Source of the DNA: a virus
Taxonomy: Duplodnaviria; Caudoviricetes
Reading direction: 5' to 3' (one strand)
DNA length: 34,338 bases
Virus record (IMG/VR): IMGVR_UViG_3300037634_001606
Span: 1 to 34,338 of that record
Shown here: piece by piece, positions 1 to 6,833 of the stretch
Layout: the number at the start of each line of letters is the position of its first letter
Position numbering within the stretch: the first letter of the stretch is position 1
The notes under the pieces: model-generated
Databases searched by the model: none
Seen by the model: only the letters and a program-made list of their open reading frames with translations
Told to the model about the DNA's origin: nothing
Position numbers and translations under genes: made by a program

Positions 1-31
1 GGGATTCAGGGTGTCCCCATGACCCTGTTTT

Positions 32-64
32 CCCGCCCCACTTATTATAACTAACTAGGGCGCG
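32..64 (+). repeat. Copy 1 of a dispersed intergenic element (CCCGCCCCACTTATTATAACTAACTAGGGCGCG)
   Basis: 27/33 ungapped identity to 26319-26351, with CGCCC...GGGCG inverted arms. It lies immediately upstream of the ATG at 66. Confidence 0.8.
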
Positions 65-65
65 T

Positions 66-173
66 ATGATAAATCTATTAGCCAAAGCAACTTACTATGC
101 AGTCGTAGGTCTAACCACGGCCTTTATCTTACTGGGTATCTTTGGTAATATATTTCCAACGCTAGGTATATAG
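66..173 (+). CDS. Small hydrophobic 35-aa peptide, putative single-pass membrane protein
   Basis: Hand translation gives MINLLAKATYYAVVGLTTAFILLGIFGNIFPTLGI*. It fills the gap and stops 3 nt before the ATG at 177. It is below the ORF-track cutoff. Confidence 0.5.
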   Translation: MINLLAKATYYAVVGLTTAFILLGIFGNIFPTLGI

Positions 174-176
174 AAT

Positions 177-1523
177 ATGAAAACAACAGAACTAGAGAAC
201 ATTGAAGTATCTGAATCGCGTCAGCGCAAGACGTTTAACAAGAGGCGAATGGAGGAGTTAAGCAAGAGCATAGTGTCTAATGGGTTGTTTCATCCTATCG
301 TAGTCGAGCCTCTCGATGATGGCGGAACGGGGACTGTCACCCTAATCGCCGGAGAGAGGCGGCTGCGTGTGGTGAAGGAACTTATTGAGAAGAAGACACC
401 CTTTCGTCATGACGGACAGGAGGTTCCGCTTGGTACAATACCGACTGTCTTTGTAGATGAACTCGACGAGGTTACAAGACTTGAGATTGAGATTGAGGAG
501 AACGTAACTCGCGAGGACTTCACTGTTCAGGAGAAAGCTGCGGCCTATGCACAGCTACATGAGCTACGGATAAAACAAAAGGGAGAGTATGACAAGGGTG
601 AGAGTCAACGAACAGGTGACACTGTAGGCCAGACTCTCCTTGCTACAGCGCAAGAGATACACGGGGACGACGCCGGGGACAGTAAGGTGAAAGACCTGTC
701 TGACCTGCTTGTCATTGCCGAGCATCTTGATGACCCTGAGGTCGCCGCGGCCAAGACAAAGTCCGAGGCACTCAAAGCGATTAAGGACACCAAACGCGCG
801 AAGGTACGGAAAGAACTCGCAGAACAATTCGACCTAACGGAAGCACCGCATGTGTTATTCCATGCTGATAGCTATAACCTTGAAGCTGTCTCCGGTGCCC
901 CGTTCGATGTCATCCTTGCTGACCCACCGTACGGTCGTGAGATGCACAAAGAAAAGAACGCTGGGACGAGGAAACATAACTATGATGATTCAGAAGAAGC
1001 CTTCCAACAAATGCTTGCAGAGCTACCCGGACTTTGTGATAGACTTACGAAACCACAAGCCCACGGATATATCTTTTGTGATATTCGCAGATGGAGCGAA
1101 CTCTTCGTGGCTTTCGAACTATCCAGTTTTCAATGCTGGCCCCGACCTCTTATCTGGGATAAAGGTAATACTGGTTCCTTCGGAGACATGGAGTACGGTT
1201 TTCGCCAAACATACGAAGCAATCTTATTTATTAATAAGGGCAGACGAACAATGGCTAAGCCCCATACTGAAGTCTTCCGATGCCAAAATCCTACAAGCGG
1301 TAACCACGCAGCTGGAAAGCCGCCAGAACTCCTCATCGAACTTCTGAGCTGTAGTGTTCTGCCAACCAATACAATCCTTGACCCGTACTGCGGTGAGGGT
1401 AATATCTTTCCTGCGGCCACTGAACTCAAGTGTACAGCAACGGGAATAGAAAAAGAAGAATCAACCTATCACATGGCTGTTGCCACACTGGAGGCTCTAA
1501 CCAATAATGAAAGCAAAGAATGA
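177..1523 (+). CDS. ParB/Srx-like N-terminal domain fused to an N6-adenine/N4-cytosine DNA methyltransferase
   Basis: The ParB part has GLFHPIVV, LIAGERRLR and EIEENVTREDF. The C-terminal part has catalytic DPPY before the SAM-binding LDPYCGEG (beta-class order), plus the HAAGKP motif. Confidence 0.88.
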   Translation: MKTTELENIEVSESRQRKTFNKRRMEELSKSIVSNGLFHPIVVEPLDDGGTGTVTLIAGERRLRVVKELIEKKTPFRHDGQEVPLGTIPTVFVDELDEVTRLEIEIEENVTREDFTVQEKAAAYAQLHELRIKQKGEYDKGESQRTGDTVGQTLLATAQEIHGDDAGDSKVKDLSDLLVIAEHLDDPEVAAAKTKSEALKAIKDTKRAKVRKELAEQFDLTEAPHVLFHADSYNLEAVSGAPFDVILADPPYGREMHKEKNAGTRKHNYDDSEEAFQQMLAELPGLCDRLTKPQAHGYIFCDIRRWSELFVAFELSSFQCWPRPLIWDKGNTGSFGDMEYGFRQTYEAILFINKGRRTMAKPHTEVFRCQNPTSGNHAAGKPPELLIELLSCSVLPTNTILDPYCGEGNIFPAATELKCTATGIEKEESTYHMAVATLEALTNNESKE

Positions 1524-3447
1524 ACTGCCACACTTTATTCATATATCACGATATGCTCGATGGAATGACGACGAACAGAGACGGGAGACCTGGGGAGAAA
1601 CGATAGACAGGTACGCTGACTTCTGGATGAAGAAGTATCCTGAACACGACCAAGCTATCAGTAACTTCTGCACAGAAATCCATACAGTCAAGGTCATGCC
1701 GTCTATGCGACAACTGATGACGGCTGGGCCAGCACTTGAGAAAGACCATGTAGCTGGATACAACTGTGCCTTCTTAGCTATCGACCAGATATTTAAATTT
1801 GCTGAGGTCATGTACACACTTATGTGTGGCACAGGCGTCGGCTTCTCTGTCGAGCGTCAGTATGTAAACTACCTCCCTGAGTTACCGAGCCACTTCTACG
1901 AGTCCAACACTACGGTGAAGGTAGCAGACAGTAAGCTTGGTTGGGCCATGGCCTTTCGGGAGATACTAAGTTTACTCTCTGTCGGACAGATACCTAAGTG
2001 GGACATATCCGCCGTGCGCCCCGCTGGTGCAAGACTGCGTACCTTCGGCGGACGGGCATCTGGCCCCGGACCTTTGGAAGAACTCTTCCGATACGCGGTA
2101 AGAATCTTTAAACAAGCTGAGGGGCGGAGGCTAACTTCCCTCGAGTGCCACGATCTTGTATGCAAGACTGGACAGGTTGTTGTCTCCGGAGGCGTCCGTC
2201 GCTCAGCGCTTATATCCCTATCAAACCCATCAGACGAGAGGATGAGAAATGCAAAAGTCGGAGAGTGGTACAGACCAGACCAATCACCGTGGCGTAGTTT
2301 GGCTAACAACTCTGCCGCATATACTGAACGGCCCGATATGGAAATCTTTATGCAAGAATGGACTTCGCTCCTCAAATCCAAGTCGGGTGAGAGAGGTATT
2401 TACAATGTGGCTGCAGCACAAAAACAAGCGGCTCGTAACGGACGTAGAGATTCAAGCCACCACTTTGGCACCAATCCTTGCAGTGAGATTATACTTCGAG
2501 ATAGAGAATTCTGTAACCTTACAACGACAATCGTACGTGCTGATAATACACTCGATGAACTTAAAGCAAAAGTCCGCACTGCTACGATTATTGGAACGTT
2601 TCAGTCAACTCTTACAGATTTCCATTTCCTCTCCGACACCTGGAAAAAGAACTGCGAGGAGGAACGTCTGCTTGGGGTCAGCCTTACAGGAATAATGGAT
2701 CACCCCGTGCTGAATGGGAGACTGAAGCATACCCCAGACTGGTTCATGTCTACAGACAACGGGGCACATACGTTACCCGATGTCCTTCGTGAACTCAAAC
2801 AAGTAGCTATCGACACCAACCTTGAGTGGTCGCAGAAGCTAGGGATTAACCAAGCCACCGCCATTACCTGTGTTAAACCAGAGGGAACGGTGAGTCAACT
2901 CTGTGACACAGCCAGCGGTATCCATGCACGACATGCGAAGTACTACATTCGTCGTATACAATTGGACAAGAAAGACCCAGTCTTTTCCCTTCTCAAAGAA
3001 TGCGAGGTTCCTCATGAAGACCTATATACAAGTCCGCAACACGTCGCAGTGTTTTCGTTTCCACAAATGGCACCTAAGGGAGCTGTTACTCGCTCGCAAG
3101 TCACTGCCCTCGATCAGCTTAATCTTTGGCTCACATACCAAATCCACTGGTGTGAGCATAAACCTTCCCAGACAATATACATACGTGACCATGAGTGGAT
3201 GGAAGTTGGAGCTTGGGTCTATAAGCATTTTGACTTACTCTCGGGGATATCATTTCTGCCATATAATGAAGATGACACCGTATATACCCAGGCTCCATAT
3301 GAAGAGATTGACGAAGCTGCGTATAATGAGATGTCCGAAAACTTTCCAATGATTCATTGGGATAGGTTATCAATATTTGAAACAGAAGACACGACAGACA
3401 TGATGAACGAGATGGCGTGTACTGGTGATAAGTGTGAGGTATTGTGA
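1507..3447 (+). CDS. nrdJ: Class II (adenosylcobalamin-dependent, monomeric RTPR-type) ribonucleotide reductase
   Basis: Motifs YNCAF, GTGVGF, GGVRRSA, TNPCSEI (thiyl Cys) and TCVKPEGTVS, and a C-terminal CTGDKC redox pair. No nrdB gene is adjacent. Confidence 0.94.
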   Translation: MKAKNELPHFIHISRYARWNDDEQRRETWGETIDRYADFWMKKYPEHDQAISNFCTEIHTVKVMPSMRQLMTAGPALEKDHVAGYNCAFLAIDQIFKFAEVMYTLMCGTGVGFSVERQYVNYLPELPSHFYESNTTVKVADSKLGWAMAFREILSLLSVGQIPKWDISAVRPAGARLRTFGGRASGPGPLEELFRYAVRIFKQAEGRRLTSLECHDLVCKTGQVVVSGGVRRSALISLSNPSDERMRNAKVGEWYRPDQSPWRSLANNSAAYTERPDMEIFMQEWTSLLKSKSGERGIYNVAAAQKQAARNGRRDSSHHFGTNPCSEIILRDREFCNLTTTIVRADNTLDELKAKVRTATIIGTFQSTLTDFHFLSDTWKKNCEEERLLGVSLTGIMDHPVLNGRLKHTPDWFMSTDNGAHTLPDVLRELKQVAIDTNLEWSQKLGINQATAITCVKPEGTVSQLCDTASGIHARHAKYYIRRIQLDKKDPVFSLLKECEVPHEDLYTSPQHVAVFSFPQMAPKGAVTRSQVTALDQLNLWLTYQIHWCEHKPSQTIYIRDHEWMEVGAWVYKHFDLLSGISFLPYNEDDTVYTQAPYEEIDEAAYNEMSENFPMIHWDRLSIFETEDTTDMMNEMACTGDKCEVL

Positions 3448-3459
3448 GGAGGTGAAGGG

Positions 3460-3549
3460 ATGAGTGATTTATTACCGTGTCCTTTTTGTGGTGGTGAGGC
3501 TGAACTGTACAAAGGCGCATCACAAGAAGCGGGAGAGAAGAATGCCTGA
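3460..3549 (+). pseudogene. Truncated Lar-family (restriction alleviation) zinc-finger peptide, 29 aa
   Basis: MSDLLPCPFCGGEAELYKGASQEAGEKNA* follows a strong SD (GAGGAGGTGA). LxPCPFCGGEA is the typical Lar N-terminus, but the second CxxC is missing. Confidence 0.55.
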
Positions 3550-5251
3550 AGTCCACGGATACGGCAACCCCACCGCTGACATAATGATAGTTGGCGAAGC
3601 CCCCGGCAAGACTGAGGAGGAGCAGGGTCGTCCGTTCGTCGGCTCATCCGGATACGAGATGAACAACATGTTAGCAGAGGCAGGGATATCTCGCGACGAA
3701 TGTTTCGTAACAAACGTCTCTCGCCTCCGCCCACCATATAATAAGATTGAAAACTTCTTCATGACTAAGACAGAAGCGAAGAAGCGTGGCGGAATAGAGT
3801 GGCACGGTAAGTACCCAGACAAGCCTATACTCCAGGGTCTCCCTGCGTTGCAAAAAGAAATCGAGGCTGTCGACCCGAATGTAATCATCGCCTACGGTGC
3901 CACGTCTTTATGGGCACTGACAGGTTTAACTGGTAAGACAAACAAACCAGCCCCGACTGGAATCATGACCTGGAGAGGGAGTCAGTTAGAAACCCTCCCC
4001 GAGTTTGGTTCTCGCAAGGTAGTCCCATGCGTCCATCCTGCCGCCATTCTTCGTCAGTGGGCAAACCGACATATAGGTATCTATGACCTTCGTCGCGTAG
4101 CCGAAGCGAAGAACACTAAGACCTGGGACTATCCTAAGTATGACTTCCACATTAGACCTAGCTTCACAGATGTGATGTTGTATTTTGATTCGATACAAGA
4201 AGCATTTGCAGAAGGCTACCATGTAAAGCTAGCTTGCGATATTGAAACCCGGCTCAGACATATTGCTTGTCTTGGTCTTGCTAACTCTGCTCGTAGTGCT
4301 CTATGCATTCCCTTTATGTCGACAGATAATCCGTCGGGGTACTGGTCTACTACCGAAGAGTCTGAGATAGTCTGGTCGTTAAAGGATATCTTAACCCACC
4401 CACAAACTATTCTCATCGGACAGAACTTCGACTATGACATTCAGTACATGTCTAGAGAGTGGGGATTCGCCCCGCTTCCCGCGCGGGACACAATGATATA
4501 CCAACACACTTTATTCCCCGGCCTTCAAAAAGGACTCGACTATCTGTCCTCAGTATACTGTGAGTTCCACCAGTACTGGAAAGACGAGGGGAAGGAATGG
4601 GACCCAAAGCTCCATGATGAAGAACGACTATGGACATATAACTGCAAAGACTGCGTAGTTACTTATGAAGCCGACGAGGTGTTGCAAAAACTTATCGAGA
4701 TGTATAAACTCGAAGAGCAGGTAGACTTTCAGATGTCTCTCATTCGCCCCGTCCTGCGGGCTGAGCTTAGGGGAACCCTCATGGATAACGAGGCTAAGCG
4801 CCAGGCCAAGTCAGACATGATGGAATATATGTTCGATGCTACTGCGTTCTTTGAATACATCCTCCCTGAGAATATCTATAGACGAAAGAAGACTCCGTGG
4901 TATGATAGCCCCACCCAAACCGCTGAGGTTCTTTACGACGTTCTTATGCTCCCTGAGCAATTCGCTCAACGTGGTAAGGGTAAGAAAACTCGCACAGCTA
5001 ATGACGATGCGCTTGAAGCATTAGGTATAATAGAACCTTTGATAAAGCCAGTCACAGACAGACTACGAGACTATCGCTCAGCTAAGAGTCTTATGTCAAA
5101 CTTCCTCAACGCCCCTGTGGAATGGGACAACCGGATGCGTAGCTCTATTAACATATGCGGAACTGAGACGTTTCGTAAATCCTCCAGCCGAGATGTATTT
5201 GGCTATGGAGGCAACCAGCAAAACTTAACCAGTGGGAGTAAAGAATCATGA
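3542..5251 (+). CDS. DNA polymerase A, N-terminal subunit: family-4-like uracil-DNA glycosylase + 3'-5' exonuclease + thumb/start of palm
   Basis: UDG motifs IMIVGEAPG, GRPFVGSSG and HPAAILR. Exo I/II/III motifs DIET, GQNFDYD and YNCKD. It ends TETFRKSSS...NQQNL, equivalent to TxTGRLSS..NLQN. Likely start is ATG 3542 after GGGAG; the ORF track starts at 3464. Confidence 0.9.
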   Translation: MPEVHGYGNPTADIMIVGEAPGKTEEEQGRPFVGSSGYEMNNMLAEAGISRDECFVTNVSRLRPPYNKIENFFMTKTEAKKRGGIEWHGKYPDKPILQGLPALQKEIEAVDPNVIIAYGATSLWALTGLTGKTNKPAPTGIMTWRGSQLETLPEFGSRKVVPCVHPAAILRQWANRHIGIYDLRRVAEAKNTKTWDYPKYDFHIRPSFTDVMLYFDSIQEAFAEGYHVKLACDIETRLRHIACLGLANSARSALCIPFMSTDNPSGYWSTTEESEIVWSLKDILTHPQTILIGQNFDYDIQYMSREWGFAPLPARDTMIYQHTLFPGLQKGLDYLSSVYCEFHQYWKDEGKEWDPKLHDEERLWTYNCKDCVVTYEADEVLQKLIEMYKLEEQVDFQMSLIRPVLRAELRGTLMDNEAKRQAKSDMMEYMFDATAFFEYILPENIYRRKKTPWYDSPTQTAEVLYDVLMLPEQFAQRGKGKKTRTANDDALEALGIIEPLIKPVTDRLRDYRSAKSLMSNFLNAPVEWDNRMRSSINICGTETFRKSSSRDVFGYGGNQQNLTSGSKES

Positions 5252-5520
5252 GCAACAAAGACAATGACCCTGACACATACCGAGATGTTACACCGCCTGA
5301 AGGATGGGTAGCGCAAATAATGGCTGACATGGACGACGCCAATAGCGAATCGGGAGTCCGTAGACGTACCGAAGCCATGCTCGAGGAGATTGATAAACGC
5401 TTTTCAAGAATAGAACATCTGCAAGAATTACATATGCAGGCTTTCGACCAGGTTGAAAAGTCCCTAACCGTAGTCAAAGAAACTCTGGAGCTTATCTGTG
5501 AAAGTTCCAAATCTCCGTAA
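5248..5520 (+). CDS. Hypothetical 90-aa acidic, helical protein inserted between the two polymerase halves
   Basis: ATGA overlap with the upstream stop, SD GGGAG, and a 23-nt overlap with the downstream gene. No HNH, LAGLIDADG, GIY-YIG or intein motif. Confidence 0.7.
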   Translation: MSNKDNDPDTYRDVTPPEGWVAQIMADMDDANSESGVRRRTEAMLEEIDKRFSRIEHLQELHMQAFDQVEKSLTVVKETLELICESSKSP

Positions 5521-6241
5521 AGTTCTTATCCCCGACCCAGGGTATCTCATATGCGAGTCTGACTTAGCTCAGGCTGACGCACAAGTTGTTGCGTGGGAAG
5601 CAGATGACCAAGCTCTTATGGACTTCTTCATAGCAGCTCGGACAGACCTTTCCCTTGACTTACATACGACAAATGCAGAAGCCCTGGGTCTTACTGGCCC
5701 GGCTGGTCGGCAACTAGCCAAGGCCGGAGTCCACGCAACAAACTACGGAGCAAGTGTCCCAAGACTAGCAAAGGTCCTTGGCATTACAAAAACCATGGCC
5801 CAACTATTCGTCAACAAATGGTTCGCGGCTCATCCAGCTATACCTCGCTGGCACGAGAGAACTCAAGATTCTCTTAACGCTTCCCGATCAGTAACTAATA
5901 AGTTTGGCTACACTCGTCGCTACTTTGAGAGACCAGACAGTTTGCTTCCTGAGGCTTTGGCTTGGGTTCCCCAGTCAACGGTAGCTCTAGTAATCGACAA
6001 GGGCTGGGCAAACATTGACCGAGAACTCTACTCTCATGTAGAAGTTCTTTTACAAGTTCATGACTCATTGGTGTATCAGATAAAGAAAAGAAACTATACT
6101 CAATCTCTGCTCGAACATCTTCACCAATGTTTACACATTGAAATACCGTACGATAATCTACTAACTATCCCTGTCGGCATCTCCATCAGCGAGAAGTCTT
6201 GGGGTCATTGCGAGGAGACAACATGGAAAATAGCAGCGTAG
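5498..6241 (+). CDS. DNA polymerase A, C-terminal catalytic subunit (motifs A, B, C)
   Basis: Motif A in LRKVLIPDPGY..ESDLAQADAQ, motif B RQLAKAGVHATNYG, PQST, and motif C LQVHDSLV. GTG start lies 7 nt after GGAG. Confidence 0.92.
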   Translation: MKVPNLRKVLIPDPGYLICESDLAQADAQVVAWEADDQALMDFFIAARTDLSLDLHTTNAEALGLTGPAGRQLAKAGVHATNYGASVPRLAKVLGITKTMAQLFVNKWFAAHPAIPRWHERTQDSLNASRSVTNKFGYTRRYFERPDSLLPEALAWVPQSTVALVIDKGWANIDRELYSHVEVLLQVHDSLVYQIKKRNYTQSLLEHLHQCLHIEIPYDNLLTIPVGISISEKSWGHCEETTWKIAA

Positions 6242-6462
6242 AAGAAAAGAAGCCTCTAACTAAAGAAGACTACCACAAGACATTCGTCTGTAATGGATGT
6301 GGAAAGAAGTCCTGCGAGGAAACTTACATAGGCGGAGTTCACATAATCCAATGTGTAGGCTGTGGGGGTATGTATAACTACGACATATACTTCAAGCTAC
6401 GAATCATAGCCACTCCCGATGATGACCCTGAGGAGGAGAACGCCCAGTGTTCGTTTACTTAG
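6223..6462 (+). CDS. Small zinc-ribbon protein
   Basis: CNGC...CVGC pair. ATG 6223 follows the SD GAGGAG; the track start is 6199. Confidence 0.65.
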   Translation: MENSSVEEKKPLTKEDYHKTFVCNGCGKKSCEETYIGGVHIIQCVGCGGMYNYDIYFKLRIIATPDDDPEEENAQCSFT

Positions 6463-6833
6463 CCAATCCCTATAGCGGCACAGGAGCTAAAGAGCACGAG
6501 AGATACGAGCAGATAGTTGAGGTATGCGCGACTGCGCTTAAGGCAAACTGCCCAATCTTCAGCCCGATAAACCACTGGCATCCAATCAGCCGTACCTATG
6601 GGGTTGAAGGAAGCTTTGGTATGTTTCGTATCCAGTGTGAAGCGCTCCTTCCACATGCCAGTTGTCTGGTAGTCATTACCCTACCTGGCTGGAAACATAG
6701 TGTAGGCGTCAGTCACGAATGGTGTATGGCAGAGGAACTAAGTATCCCCTCCTTCCATGTTACTTTGGCTGAAGCTCTATCACTTTCTTATTGGGAGAAA
6801 CTCAGAGATCGCTATTCAACGGAACTACCCTGA
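6447..6833 (+). CDS. DUF1937-like protein (nucleoside 2-deoxyribosyltransferase/nucleotide N-glycosidase-like fold)
   Basis: VYLANPYS, FSPINHWH and LPGWKHSVGVSHE pattern. SD GAGGAGGAG precedes the GTG. Confidence 0.75.
   Translation: MFVYLANPYSGTGAKEHERYEQIVEVCATALKANCPIFSPINHWHPISRTYGVEGSFGMFRIQCEALLPHASCLVVITLPGWKHSVGVSHEWCMAEELSIPSFHVTLAEALSLSYWEKLRDRYSTELP

Noticed and set aside
7-31. CAGGGT/ACCCTG hairpin followed by TTTT
   Set aside because: It could be a weak terminator of an upstream gene, but the 6-bp stem, 9-nt loop and missing context are insufficient.
3464-3541. ORF-track N-terminal extension of the polymerase (MIYYRVLF...)
   Set aside because: The region is better explained by the Lar-like mini-ORF in another frame. 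ATG 3542 has its own SD and starts at the UDG domain.
5249-5473. Stop-codon reassignment explaining the split polymerase
   Set aside because: The gap contains TGA, TAG and TAA in frame, and all three stops end genes normally elsewhere.
5252-5497. Group I intron or intein interrupting polA
   Set aside because: There is no recognisable P7/R-S pairing beyond a lone TAGTC, no homing endonuclease, and no Cys/Ser...His-Asn intein ends. The downstream half has its own RBS. A covariance-model search is needed to exclude an intron fully.
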